Of a stretch of DNA of 64,000 bases, positions 40,710 to 52,136 are shown piece after piece (position 1 is the first letter of the stretch; every line of letters begins with the position of its first letter). The position numbers and the translations under genes were made by a program. Below the pieces are notes generated by a model. It did not search any database. It was not told the DNA's origin and saw only the letters and a list, made by a program, of their open reading frames with translations. The stretch spans positions 800,001-864,000 of the forward strand of contig CAVWLP010000003.1 in NCBI GenBank assembly GCA_963755915.1, given 5' to 3'. Source of the stretch: an uncultured Phycisphaerales bacterium (GTDB lineage: Bacteria > Planctomycetota > Phycisphaerae > Tepidisphaerales > Tepidisphaeraceae).

Positions 40710-42968
40710 ATGACAAACGAAATGCAATTAGCGCAGGCCGCGGGTCTGCCGGTTGTGAGCCAGGACGCAATGAACGGTCAGGGCCAGAACCAGCACGGCA
40801 AGCCCATGGGGCTCAAGAAGGTTCACCGTCTGTTGCGCGGACGGTATCCCCTGGTTATTACCCTGGGGCTCCTCTTCGGTGTCGCCGGCGCTTTGATGGG
40901 GTTCCTCAGCCAGAAACCTATTTACACCAGCAGCTTCACTGTCGAACTGGTCCCCAAGATTCAAAGCCTTAACAGCGTCGACGGCGAAATGATGCAGGGC
41001 TATTCGATGTGGCTCCAGTCACAGGTGGCAATCATCAAGAGCTACGAGCTGGTGCAGCTTGCCCTCGACCAGGATGAATGGAAAGCCACGGGCGCTGCTC
41101 GCGGCGATGAAGCCGCCATCAGCGCTTTTGCCTCAGGCGTCGAAGCGGAAAATTATCCGCCTGACAGCTCGATGCTGAAAATCAGCTTTTCCGACCCCGA
41201 CAAGGAACTCGCCCTTGCGGGATCGCAGTCGGTTCTCAAGGCTTACGAAAAGTTCTTCGATGAATCCGACCCCATGATGTACACCGAGCGAATGCAGGTG
41301 CTCCAGAAGCTCCAGACGAAATATTCCAACGATCTGGCCTCCTATCAGCAGTCGCTGAACGAATTGCAGTCCCAGTACAACACCGACGACCTTGCCTCTT
41401 ACCTCGCACAGCAGATGCAGGAGCTTGGCTGGCTGGCCAACCAACTCGACAACGCGAATACCGCGCTGGATATCGACAAGCAGATGATTGGCAGCATCGC
41501 CCCCGGCGCTGACGCGCAGGGCAATCCCTCGACGCAGCCGTCGGCATTGACGGAAGATCAGATCGCTGCGTTCGACAATGGCCGGCTCAACAGCATGCGC
41601 GACCGGCGCGAGCAGATCGCCGCGGAAATTCAGTTGATGAAGGCCAACGGCTACGGCGACAACAACCCCCGCGTCCAAAACCTTGCGGCCGCCCTGCAGG
41701 TCGAAGACCAGGAAATCCAGGCCTACGTGCAGAGCTTTAACCAGGGCTACCGCATCGATTCAGAGAACGGCCGATCGGGAATCACCAGCATCCGGGCGGA
41801 TATCGTCGCCAAGCAGGTGACGATCAAGGATCTCACCGCCCAGTATGACCATCAAAAAGCCGTCTGCGCCGACGTTGGGAAATACTCGCAGTTCATCCGC
41901 GACGTGAAGGCGAACATCGCCCACGCCCAATCGGGCCTGGACGGCGCGAACGCGGATTATGAGCGGCTTCAGTCGATGCGTGACCTGAATGGCAACAACC
42001 AGATGCTCGTGATGAGCAAGCCGCTGCCGCCCGGCGAGCCTTCCACCGACCGCCGGCGGGTGATGGGCGCACTCGGCTTCATCGGAGGCGCGCTGCTTCC
42101 GATGTGCGTCGTCATGCTCATCGGGGTCCTCGACGGCCGCTTCCGATACAGCGATGAGGCCAACACCGATCTCGGCGGCATCCCGCTCCTGGGAATCCTC
42201 CCGAACCTGCCCGACCTCCTCACCGACCCCACGCAGGCCGCCACCGCGGCGCACTGCGTCCACCAGATCCGAACCATCCTTCAGATCACCGGCCACAGCT
42301 CCGAGCGCCGCGTCTTCACCGTCACCAGCGCCTCGCCCGGCGACGGCAAAACCAGCCTGACGCTTGCCCTGGGCCTTAGCTTTGCCGCCAGCGGCTCCCG
42401 AACCCTGCTCGTCGACGGCGACCTGATCGGCGGGGGCCTCACCGCCCGCCTCAACGTCAACGCCGAGCACGGCGTCCTTGAAGCCATGGCCGCCCGCGAT
42501 ATCAGCACCTTCATTCGCACCACCGACGTCGCCGACCTCTCCTTCCTCCCCGTCGGCAAGGCGATGGGCGGATACACCGGAACGATCTCCCCCGCGGCGG
42601 TTCGCCGCCTCGTGGACGAAGCACGAAAGCAATTCGACGTGATCCTGATCGACACCGGCCCCATCCTCGGCAGCATCGAGGCCTCTCCGGTGGCGGTCGC
42701 CTGTGACGGCGTCGTCCTGTGCGTCTCCCGCGGGCAGCAGCGCACGCTCGTCGACCGCGCCTTGGCCCACCTGCATGCCATCGGCGCTACCCTGGCCGGC
42801 GTGGTCTTCAACCGCGCTCAGGCTCACGACTTCGAGCGATCGACGAATCGGCTGGGCCTCGGCTCAGCTCCCGCCGGCACGGACGGCCGGCGCAGTGAGG
42901 CGATCGGACCCGTGGCCCGCGCTGTGGCCTCGTCGGTTCGCTCCGCGGCTTCGGGGCATGACCGTTAA
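40710..42968 (+). CDS. wzc: Polysaccharide co-polymerase / BY-kinase-like protein
   Basis: Two TM segments around a periplasmic coiled coil; TSASPGDGKTS, LLVDGD, ILIDTGP, GVVFN. Confidence 0.85.
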   Translation: MTNEMQLAQAAGLPVVSQDAMNGQGQNQHGKPMGLKKVHRLLRGRYPLVITLGLLFGVAGALMGFLSQKPIYTSSFTVELVPKIQSLNSVDGEMMQGYSMWLQSQVAIIKSYELVQLALDQDEWKATGAARGDEAAISAFASGVEAENYPPDSSMLKISFSDPDKELALAGSQSVLKAYEKFFDESDPMMYTERMQVLQKLQTKYSNDLASYQQSLNELQSQYNTDDLASYLAQQMQELGWLANQLDNANTALDIDKQMIGSIAPGADAQGNPSTQPSALTEDQIAAFDNGRLNSMRDRREQIAAEIQLMKANGYGDNNPRVQNLAAALQVEDQEIQAYVQSFNQGYRIDSENGRSGITSIRADIVAKQVTIKDLTAQYDHQKAVCADVGKYSQFIRDVKANIAHAQSGLDGANADYERLQSMRDLNGNNQMLVMSKPLPPGEPSTDRRRVMGALGFIGGALLPMCVVMLIGVLDGRFRYSDEANTDLGGIPLLGILPNLPDLLTDPTQAATAAHCVHQIRTILQITGHSSERRVFTVTSASPGDGKTSLTLALGLSFAASGSRTLLVDGDLIGGGLTARLNVNAEHGVLEAMAARDISTFIRTTDVADLSFLPVGKAMGGYTGTISPAAVRRLVDEARKQFDVILIDTGPILGSIEASPVAVACDGVVLCVSRGQQRTLVDRALAHLHAIGATLAGVVFNRAQAHDFERSTNRLGLGSAPAGTDGRRSEAIGPVARAVASSVRSAASGHDR

Positions 42969-42980
42969 TGGTCGGCTGTT

Positions 42981-44438
42981 ATGACGGTATTGGATACGAT
43001 CGCCGACCCGCACACGGCGGCCCAAGAAAGGCCGTCCTTCGGCGGACCCCGTACCATCTGGGGGCTCGACCCCGTCGCTCTGCATCACCGCTTCTGGGCC
43101 GCTCATGGCGTCCAGGTCGTCCGCCAGGGCGAACCTTCCGAAATCGTCGAACACGCCGAGCTTTATCTACTCACCGATCCGCGCTCCCTCATGCTCTTCC
43201 GTATGAGTAGCGTCATCGACACGCTTAACTGGCTCAAGCCGCAGGTGCTGTTTCTTCGCCTGCACGACCACCGCGAACGGGGCTACCGCGAAAAAGTAAT
43301 CACTGACGGCCAGAGCCGGTTCCTCGGTTTCCAGCGCCTCTACGACGGCTCGGAAGATTTGCGCCTCGCCCGCGCCGTCCTCACGCCCGAGCGCGAAATC
43401 GCCCGCCTCTGGCAAGGTTCGCCCGACCCGCTCACCGGCTGGCGGCGATTGCGTCGCTACACCCCCCAGCGCGACCGCTGCACGCGATCCATCGAGGGAA
43501 GCGTCTTCGACCGCAGCGTCGACCGCGAAGTCACCTCATTCCTGCGAAACCTCACCGCCGAGTGGCTTCATCCTGATTCCACGATCGGCCGCGCCAAACC
43601 CTTCGGACCCCAGGTCTGGAAAGACCCGCAGAGCGAAATCGACCGCGAAGCGCGGTTCATCGGCCCCGTCTGGGTCGGCGCCGGCCGGCGAATTGACGGT
43701 GGAAACACGATCGTCGGCCCGGCGATCATCTGGGACGACCCCCAGAGCCGCCCCCCCACCGAGGAAATCCAGTGGCTCACCATCGAGCCGCGCGACATCA
43801 CCCCCGAAGCCAGGGTCAAAGACCTCACCGCCGTCAGCCGCGCCCTCAAACGCACATTCGACGTCGCCTTCAGCCTTGCCGTGCTCTTCTGCACCATCTG
43901 GATGTATCCGATCATCATGCTCGCCATCTGGCTCGAGGACGGCCGCCCGTTTTACTTCACCCACAAGCGCGAGAAGTTCGGCGGCGAGGAATTCCCCTGC
44001 ATCAAGTTCCGCTCCATGCAGAAAAACGCCGAGCAGCAGAAGACGCAGCTCAAATTGCAAAACCAGGCCGACGGACCGCAGTTCTACATGGAAAAAGATC
44101 CCCGCCTCACGCGGGTGGGCCGATTCCTCCGCAAATACAACCTCGACGAGCTCCCGCAGTTCATCAACGTCCTGCTCGGACACATGTCTGTTGTCGGGCC
44201 TCGGCCCAGCCCCAGGGGAGAAAACCAGTATTGCCCGCCATGGCGCAACGCGCGCCTCAGCGTGCGGCCCGGTATTACCGGGTTGTGGCAGATTCACCGC
44301 ACCCGAAGATCCGGATCAGACTTCCAGGAGTGGATTAAGTACGACATCGAATACGTCGAAAATCGTTCCTGGGGTCTTGATCTCTGGATCATTTGGAAGA
44401 CCGTTACTCAGGTCTTCCGCAAGGTATCTCGCTCATGA
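42981..44438 (+). CDS. Priming sugar transferase (polyprenyl phosphate phosphoglycosyl transferase) with extended N-terminus
   Basis: [45 protein letters not shown]. Confidence 0.92.
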   Translation: MTVLDTIADPHTAAQERPSFGGPRTIWGLDPVALHHRFWAAHGVQVVRQGEPSEIVEHAELYLLTDPRSLMLFRMSSVIDTLNWLKPQVLFLRLHDHRERGYREKVITDGQSRFLGFQRLYDGSEDLRLARAVLTPEREIARLWQGSPDPLTGWRRLRRYTPQRDRCTRSIEGSVFDRSVDREVTSFLRNLTAEWLHPDSTIGRAKPFGPQVWKDPQSEIDREARFIGPVWVGAGRRIDGGNTIVGPAIIWDDPQSRPPTEEIQWLTIEPRDITPEARVKDLTAVSRALKRTFDVAFSLAVLFCTIWMYPIIMLAIWLEDGRPFYFTHKREKFGGEEFPCIKFRSMQKNAEQQKTQLKLQNQADGPQFYMEKDPRLTRVGRFLRKYNLDELPQFINVLLGHMSVVGPRPSPRGENQYCPPWRNARLSVRPGITGLWQIHRTRRSGSDFQEWIKYDIEYVENRSWGLDLWIIWKTVTQVFRKVSRS

Positions 44439-47400
44439 TTATCCGACCAAAAACCAAGCGTCGCGTGCTGATTCTCATAATCGGCGTTGGCATCTTTTCT
44501 CTTGCCGCCGCGTGGCTCTACAGCTATCGCATGGACATCGCCGAGCAGCGCCTCCAGCATGACAAGGACCTGGGGCTCCAGGCCTACAAAAGCGGTGACT
44601 ACCAGACCGCCCTTTCCAAGCTGGCCGAATACATCAACCACGAGGAAAAACGCGATCCCACCAAGATCGACCCCCAGGCCCTGCTGGCATTCTCAGTCTC
44701 GCGGGCGCAGATCCCGTCGGCCAACGAAGACTACCTGATCGAGGCGATTAAAACCCTTCAGTGGTATTGCACCCTGGTTCCCACTGACGCCGACGCCAAG
44801 GAACGTCTCATCGAACTGGAACTGCCGCACGCAACCTACGCGCCCGATGTCCTGGCCCGCTCCAACGACGCCCTCCAGAGCAATCCCGACGACCTCGCCG
44901 CCCTTAAGGCCATTGCCATCCTGAACTACCGCCAGCGCGACTTCAGGGACGCCGCCCCGGCCTCCCAGCATTACGTTTCCCTCGCCCCCACCGACCTGGA
45001 AATGCAATGGCTGAATTTCCAGGTCATGGCCCAACTGAACGATCCGCCCTCGGCCATGCAGCAGCAGGCCGATGCGCTGATCGCCAAATACCCAACCGAC
45101 CCGCGCTTCAAGATCGTCAAGGCGTACGTCTATCGTGCAAATCGCAACCGGCTGACGCCCGTCCTTCAGACGCAGGCGGACTTCGACCAGTATCACGCGC
45201 TGGTTCTCGCCGCCGCCAAGGCCGATCCCCCCAGCCCCCAGTTCGTCAACACGGCCATCGGTTTGCTCGACGAGATGGGCGAATTCGGCGCTGCCGAAGA
45301 TCTGCTCAATCGCGCCGCGCCGAAGTTCGGCGACCCGGCGCTCAGCCGGCAACTCATCGAGCGTCTCTGGGCGTTTCGTCAGTTCTCGGAAATAGTCGAT
45401 CGGCTCAAGGACCTGGACCCCAATTCATCGGCAGTCGACGCCAATCTCGTCGCCTACAAGGCTCTCTCGCTCTATAAGCTTGGCAAGGCCGCCGACGCCG
45501 CGGCGCTTGTGGAGATTCTCGACGGCCGCGATCCCGCCGACACCCAGGCGCACGCCTGGGCGATCGCCCTCAAAGCCCGCTATGGAAATGCCCAGGAAGA
45601 TTTGAAAACGCGCGTCGCCGATTACAAGAACGCCGAATCCCAGGCCCCCGACAACGGATACGTCGCCTTCCTGCTGGGTCAGGCCTATGCCCAGATGGGC
45701 GAAAACGATTTGGCATTGGAAGCCTTCCGCCAGGCCTGCCATTGGATGCCGAGCTGGTCCGAACCCCATTCGCAGCTGGCGTTGATGCTCGTTCGCCTCG
45801 GCCGCGGAACCAGCGACGAAGCCGTCAGCGCCTCGCAGGACGCCCGCATGGCTGGCACCGACTCCGCGGGACGCACCGACCTCCAGGCGGCCATCGCCAA
45901 CATCCGCGTCAGCTACGCGCGCCTGCTCGCCTCGCCCAACCAGGCCGATGCCGCCTCCCTCCTTGCCGCCGTCAAGCAGATTCAGACGCAACTTCCCAAT
46001 GAACCCGAAACGCTTCCCATGTATGTCGCCCTGCTTGCCCAGACCGGCCAGCGCGACGACGCCATCAATGCGATCAAGGCCGCCTGTGCCAACCCCGGCG
46101 ACGACGGCCAGGACCTCCTCTCAGACCTTGTCGAAACCAGCCGTGCCGCGCACCTCGGCATGGAAGACACCATCTACGCCGCCATCTTCCAGAAATACGG
46201 CCAGACGCCCCGGCTCGCATACTCCCGGGCCATGGGCCTTCTCGAAGCAGGTCGTCCCGATGACGGCCTGAAGCTCCTTCTCGACGCCAAACCAAAAACC
46301 CAGACGGCCGATGCCGCCTTCTGGGACCGTGCCATCTGCGAATATCGCGAAAATGCCCATGATCCCTCCGCCGCCGACGAGTGGGAAAAGCTCGGCAACG
46401 CTTATCCCAACGACATCGAGGTGCAGTCAACCATCCTCAGCGCCGCCACTTCCGCCTGGAACGCAAAGCACGATTTCATGCGCCAGACCATCGACCGCGT
46501 GAAGACGCTGACCGGCAGCGACGCCAACGCCTGGAAAACCGCCTACGCACGCTGGATGCTCACCGGACCTGATGCCACCGCCAACGCTCCCGAAGCCGTC
46601 ACGCTTCTTACAAGCGTCACCAATGCGGATGCGGATGAATACATGCCGCACGTTCTGCTCGCGATGGCGTACGACGATGTGAACAACTCTGCCGCCGGCC
46701 TCGACGAATGGCGCAAGGCCGCCGCCATCGAGCCCCAGTCTCCTGAAGCCCAGTTCTCGCTCCTCCAGGCACTACACAATCTGGGCAAAAAGGAAGAGAC
46801 CGACGTCGTCTTCCAGAAGCTCGCTGCCCTTCCGAACATCCCGCCCGACCTTGCCCTTGCCGCCGCGACCATTGTCGCCGCCGAGGGGGACATGCCCCAC
46901 GCCGAGGCCATGCTCCTGGCCTATCCCAAATGTTCCAACCAGGTGCTGCACGACGCCACGCTGGCCAAGGTTTACCGCGTCGAAAATCGCCCCAATGACG
47001 CCGCCCAGGTTTATTTCGGACTCGCCAGCGTAAAAGGCCTCGACGCCAACACCATCCACGAAGCCGCCGATTTCTTTGGTTCACAGGGCCAGAAGGACGA
47101 GGCCCAGAAATTTCTCGATCGCCTTTCCGATCCGGGCATTCCCGTCTGGCAAAGCCGCCTCGTTCAGGCCGAATATGAGGAAGAGCACGGCAGCCCGGGC
47201 GCCGCCGCCACTCTTTACGACCAGGCCGTCCAGGCCGCCGGAAACAATCCGGACCTGGCGATCCAGCAGATCGGCTTCCTGATCCGCCAGCACGATTGGA
47301 TCCGGGCCGAGCACGCCATCAGCGACGCCTCCACGCGCTGGCCTTCCAATACTTCGATCGCCAACCTCGGCAAAGCCGAATCGGCCCTGGCCGCTTATCC

Positions 47401-48730
47401 GCATCTCGATGAAGTGTCGACGCTGATCGAAGCCCTCACTGCCGATCCCAATAACGCCGCCGCCAACGACGTCATCGCCGTCGCTACCAATCCCGCCACC
47501 ACCGCCGCGCAGGTCAGGGCAATGCTCGACAAATATCCCGGCTTCGAGCCCCTCTACGAGCTGGCCAGCCGCCGGCTGATGAACGCCGGCGACCGCGCCC
47601 AGGCCGTCACCATCGCCAGCCAGGCCATGACGCGCTTCCCCCACTCCGTCGACGCCGCCCGCACCACCGCGGAAGTGAACGCCGCCGGTGGCAATTGGAA
47701 CGACGCCCTTATCGCCGCCCACGAGTGGCGACGGCGCCTCACCGACAACCCCCAGCCCGCCGACGAATTCACCGCCATCGCCGACCTCGCCGTCGGTCAG
47801 CCGCAGGACGCCACTGATTGCCTCTCCCCCTACATCGCCCAGGCCTCCGCCCATCCGGACGACAACCAATCCCTGCTAACCACCTATTGCCAGGCCCTGA
47901 TCCGCGCCGGCCGCCAGTCCGACGCCCAGGCCCTCCTCCTCCCTCTGGCAAAAAATGAGGTCCAGTGGCGGCTCGCCTGGCTCAACCTCGCCCCCGTTTC
48001 CTTCACCGACGGACAAAGCTCCGCCCAGTGGATCCAAATCATCAAGCCCCTGCTCACCCCCGATTCCATCGAAGAGCAGGAAGCTCTCGCCGAGGCCTAC
48101 GTCGCCTGCGCCGACCGCGCGGGATATCCCCCCGATTACGCACTCGCTCGCGACGTTCTGAAACCCTTCATCGGCACAAGCAAAATGGGCGCGCGCCAGT
48201 GGCTCACCTACGCGGGCGCCGCCGCCGGCGCCGACGACAACAGCGGCGCCGCCCAGGCCTATCGCGAGGTCCTCAAGCTCGACCCCGACAACGCCATCGC
48301 CGAAAACAACCTTGCTGATCTCCTCCGTCAAACCGGCGGCCCCAATTCGCTCAATGAAGCCGAGGGGCTCATCGAACACGCCATCGCCAATCACGCCACC
48401 GAGCCCGATGCCTTTAACTTCTACGACACCCAGGCGCGCATCCTCATGAAGCAAGGCCGCAACGACGACGCCATCGCGGCCTTCGAAAAAGGTTACGCCA
48501 TCAATCCCACCAGCCTCGATATCCTTATCGGACTCGCCACCGTCTACGCCGGCACCAACCGCACCGGCGAAGCCTCACACTATCTCTCGCAAGTCGACGA
48601 TCTCATGGCCTCCGGACCGCAGCTCAGCCCCGAACTCAAGTCCGAACTCGACGCCACCCGCAAGACCGTCCTCAATGCCAACATGCACAACTCCGTGAGT
48701 GGAACCGACTACACGCCCGGCGGCAAATAA
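44435..48730 (+). CDS. Large membrane-anchored TPR protein (PrsT-like context)
   Basis: N-terminal TM; many TPR-like helices including AENNLA and YDTQA. ATGA overlap with the upstream gene. Confidence 0.85.
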   Translation: MIIRPKTKRRVLILIIGVGIFSLAAAWLYSYRMDIAEQRLQHDKDLGLQAYKSGDYQTALSKLAEYINHEEKRDPTKIDPQALLAFSVSRAQIPSANEDYLIEAIKTLQWYCTLVPTDADAKERLIELELPHATYAPDVLARSNDALQSNPDDLAALKAIAILNYRQRDFRDAAPASQHYVSLAPTDLEMQWLNFQVMAQLNDPPSAMQQQADALIAKYPTDPRFKIVKAYVYRANRNRLTPVLQTQADFDQYHALVLAAAKADPPSPQFVNTAIGLLDEMGEFGAAEDLLNRAAPKFGDPALSRQLIERLWAFRQFSEIVDRLKDLDPNSSAVDANLVAYKALSLYKLGKAADAAALVEILDGRDPADTQAHAWAIALKARYGNAQEDLKTRVADYKNAESQAPDNGYVAFLLGQAYAQMGENDLALEAFRQACHWMPSWSEPHSQLALMLVRLGRGTSDEAVSASQDARMAGTDSAGRTDLQAAIANIRVSYARLLASPNQADAASLLAAVKQIQTQLPNEPETLPMYVALLAQTGQRDDAINAIKAACANPGDDGQDLLSDLVETSRAAHLGMEDTIYAAIFQKYGQTPRLAYSRAMGLLEAGRPDDGLKLLLDAKPKTQTADAAFWDRAICEYRENAHDPSAADEWEKLGNAYPNDIEVQSTILSAATSAWNAKHDFMRQTIDRVKTLTGSDANAWKTAYARWMLTGPDATANAPEAVTLLTSVTNADADEYMPHVLLAMAYDDVNNSAAGLDEWRKAAAIEPQSPEAQFSLLQALHNLGKKEETDVVFQKLAALPNIPPDLALAAATIVAAEGDMPHAEAMLLAYPKCSNQVLHDATLAKVYRVENRPNDAAQVYFGLASVKGLDANTIHEAADFFGSQGQKDEAQKFLDRLSDPGIPVWQSRLVQAEYEEEHGSPGAAATLYDQAVQAAGNNPDLAIQQIGFLIRQHDWIRAEHAISDASTRWPSNTSIANLGKAESALAAYPHLDEVSTLIEALTADPNNAAANDVIAVATNPATTAAQVRAMLDKYPGFEPLYELASRRLMNAGDRAQAVTIASQAMTRFPHSVDAARTTAEVNAAGGNWNDALIAAHEWRRRLTDNPQPADEFTAIADLAVGQPQDATDCLSPYIAQASAHPDDNQSLLTTYCQALIRAGRQSDAQALLLPLAKNEVQWRLAWLNLAPVSFTDGQSSAQWIQIIKPLLTPDSIEEQEALAEAYVACADRAGYPPDYALARDVLKPFIGTSKMGARQWLTYAGAAAGADDNSGAAQAYREVLKLDPDNAIAENNLADLLRQTGGPNSLNEAEGLIEHAIANHATEPDAFNFYDTQARILMKQGRNDDAIAAFEKGYAINPTSLDILIGLATVYAGTNRTGEASHYLSQVDDLMASGPQLSPELKSELDATRKTVLNANMHNSVSGTDYTPGGK

Positions 48731-49038
48731 CCCCCCACTCAAACGCATCGTTTCCAATCCTTGCGTCCGGATATTCCGTTTATCTGGGATATTCCGGTAA
48801 ACCGGGAAACGACTGCGGTATGCGGGCAATTTAATCGTTGTACTGAAAACTCCAGCGGTATATATTGCGACCACTCGGCCCTTACCAGGGGTCGGCTGTT
48901 GTTAGGCATGTTAAATGTCACAAGCTGGGTGGCTTGCGGCCAATGCGAGCGGTAAGAGACATCCCCGACGCGAATGCCACATCGTAACGCCTGACGTTTC
49001 TGAATGTTTGGTGTCCTGGTAGTTATAGGAGTTGAACG

Positions 49039-49532
49039 ATGAACGGCTTGTTCAAGGCGTGGGTGGCGGCTGCGCTGCCACTTATCTTGAACGCGGAAAT
49101 TGCGCCTGCCCCGCGGCCGCGATTCAGGTGATCGCCCAGGATAGTCCGACTGTTGATGGAGCGACCGCCAGGGAATCGAATCCGCGCGAGCCGCTGCTGA
49201 CGAAGTTTAAATCCGATTGGGATTACCTGAACGTCCTCGACTCCACTCCGCGCTCTCTCGCTGCGCCGGACTCTCGAAGCGCCCGTTCCCTTCACTCGAA
49301 TGCCGACCCCGCCGGCGCTAATTGGAGCACCGTGGCCATAGAAAATGCCGCCGATCCCGCGGCGGCATCCAACGATTCAACGGTAAGCACTAACTCAAAT
49401 CCTCAATCTGCGCCAAACGTCGTCCCCGCTATCGTTCGCGCACCCAGCGACGGCTGGCAAACCCTCGTCGCCCTGACGCTGGTCATCGCCTTCACAGCAA
49501 TCAAACGCAGAAGTTCCGCAAAATCGCTTTGA
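49039..49532 (+). CDS. Small secreted protein with a variant PEP-CTERM-like sorting tail (frameshift ~49112)
   Basis: AGGAG RBS and signal peptide MNGLFKAWVAAALPLIL in one frame; low-complexity body and VRAPSDGW-TM-KRR tail in the other. Confidence 0.6.
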
Positions 49533-49557
49533 GCAGTATTAAACGAAATTCCATCAA

Positions 49558-49959
49558 TCAGTTTTGCCGGTTCATCTCTTCCTCTGTCATGCCTTGCTGT
49601 CGCGTTTGCTCGCCTTCCCCTGAGTCGTATTGACGGACTCCCCCTGCTGAGTCCGGTTCACTCTGAACCTGCGGTGCTTCGACTTCGGCATCCACTACCA
49701 CCGGATTGACCGCGTTCGCGGCTCGATGCCGCCGCCTTTCTGCAGACCGTTTTCCTCCCAGCCGCCCAATCTCAATCATGTGATTCCGATTGGTGGCGAC
49801 ACGCTGACCCCCTTTGCGGCCCGCAAAGCGCGCCTCCTCGGCCGTAAATTCATGTGCCGTACCTTTTCGATGCGCGGCACGACCCCCTTTACGCGCTATT
49901 TCACGCTGTTTTTCCTGGTCCATCGACGCAAATCCACCGACTCTTGTTTTCTGTTCCAT
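49558..49959 (-). CDS. KGG-repeat general stress protein
   Basis: GFASMDQEKQREIARKGG, AHEFTAEEARFAGRKGG, HMIEIGRLGG. Confidence 0.88.
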   Translation of the reverse strand: MEQKTRVGGFASMDQEKQREIARKGGRAAHRKGTAHEFTAEEARFAGRKGGQRVATNRNHMIEIGRLGGKRSAERRRHRAANAVNPVVVDAEVEAPQVQSEPDSAGGVRQYDSGEGEQTRQQGMTEEEMNRQN

Positions 49960-50085
49960 GGCAAACGACCTTTCGATGTTACGTCCAACCAACTGCAAGC
50001 GACGTACCACCGGCCCCACCGGCCGGAACCACCATTTTCCCCTAAAACCGTGCATTTTATCTTAGGCCCCGTCCCACCGCTGAGG

Positions 50086-51766
50086 CTACTTCAAAGTCAA
50101 TTTTCTATAGGTAATCCTGTGCGGCCGATGGGCGTCAATCCCCAACCGCTTTTTCCGATCCGCTTCGTATTCGCTGTAATTCCCGTCGAAAAATCGCACC
50201 TGGCTCTCCCCCTCAAACGCCAGGATGTGCGTCGCGATTCGATCGAGGAACCAGCGGTCGTGGCTGATAATCACCGCGCACCCCGCGAAATTTTCCAGCG
50301 CCTCTTCCAGCGCGCGCATGGTGTTCACGTCCAGATCGTTCGTCGGCTCATCGAGTAGCAAAACATTCGCCCCCTGCTTGAGCATCCGCGCTAGGTGAAC
50401 GCGATTGCGCTCGCCGCCGGAGAGCGTGCCGACGATGCGCTGCTGATCCGTCCCGCCGAAGCCGAAACGCGAGACATACGCCCGCGAATTCACCGACGCC
50501 GATCCCAGGCGGATGTTGTCCTGCTTTTCAGAGATTGCCTCCCACACGTTCACGCCGGCGTCGAGCGACTCGCGGCTCTGCTCGACGTATGCCAGCTTCA
50601 CGCTTTCGCCAAGCTGGATCTTTCCCGCGTCCGGCTTCTCCGCGCCGGTAATCAAACGGAACAGCGTCGTCTTGCCGGCGCCGTTGGGGCCGATCACGCC
50701 GATGATGGCGTTTGGCGGAAGCACGAAGCTCATCTCCTGGAAAAGCACATTGTCGCCGTAGGCTTTGGTAACGCCGATTGATTCGATCACCTTTGCGCCG
50801 AGGCGCGGACCGGGCGGAATAAAGATTTCGATCTCGGTCGCGCGCTTCTGCGTGTCTTCGTTGAGCATCGCCTCGTAAGCGGCCAGGCGGGCCTTTGATT
50901 TCGCCCGGCGGGCGCTGGGGGATTTGCGCACCCATTCCAGCTCGTGCGCCAGCGCGCTGGCGGCTGCTCTCGGACTTTTCTTCCTGCTCCAGCCGGGCTT
51001 TTTTCTGCTCCAGCCATGAGGAATAATTGCCTTTCCACGGGATCCCCTGGCCGCGATCGAGCTCGAGGATCCAGCCGGCGACGTTATCGAGGAAATAGCG
51101 GTCGTGGGTGACGGCGATCACGGTGCCTTCGTAGCGGGCGAGGTGCTGCTCGAGCCAGCCGACGGATTCGGCGTCGAGATGGTTGGTCGGCTCGTCGAAC
51201 AGGAGAATGTCCGGCTTCTTCAGAAGTAATCGACACAGCGCCACGCGCCGGCGCTCGCCGCCGGAGAGGACTTTTATCTGCGCATTGCGCGGCGGACAGC
51301 GCAGGGCGTCCATCGCCATCTCGATCTGCGAATCCAAATCCCACGCGTTGGCGGCATCGAGCTTCTCCTGAAGGTCGCCCTGCTTTTCAAGGAGCTTGGT
51401 CATCTCCTCATCGCTGAGGGGCTCGGCGAGGCGGTTGTTGATCCGATCGAACTCGGCCAGCAGGTCGATGGTCGATTGCAATCCCTGCTCCACGACCTGC
51501 CCGGCCGTCAGCGACTCATCAAGCTGCGGCTCCTGCTCGAGAAACCCGATGGAGTAATTCCCCTGAAGCGAGATCTGCCCCTCATATTTTTTGTCGACAC
51601 CACCCAGGATGCGCAGCAGGGAGCTTTTGCCAGAACCGTTGAGTCCGAGGACGCCGATCTTGGCGCCGTAGAAATAGGAGAGGTAGATGTCCTTGAGAAT
51701 GACTTTTTTCTCGTGCGACTTACTGACGCCGATCATGGAATAGATGATTTTGTTGGCTTCGGCCAC
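50086..51766 (-). CDS. ettA: Energy-dependent translational throttle ABC-F ATPase (frameshift ~50955)
   Basis: [48 protein letters not shown], second [11 protein letters not shown]. Confidence 0.93.
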
Positions 51767-52136
51767 GTATTTCTCCAAAGAAGATTGGGGACGGTATGGG
51801 CATCCTGCTTTTGCTTCAAGAGGAAGCGATTAATACCTTGCCGCCGGCGATTGAATTCGTGCGATCGGAATTGTTTTGTGGCGCCGGGACTACGGTACAA
51901 AAGGTAACAGTCCGCAACAAACTGGGCAAGATGGGCAATTTGGATAAGGCAATCTCGCGATTTTTGGCATTGTTCGTATACCGTTGCGCCTTTTAGTGGC
52001 TCCAAGGCCTGATTGTGGGCAGCGCCCACTACGGCCGGTAAATTGAGTGGCGCATGCAGGATCAATCGCGCCGATCTGGCCGAGGCCTGCGTGCGTAAGC
52101 CGCGGAGGCGAAAGGAATCCCTTTAGTGGAGCGCCC

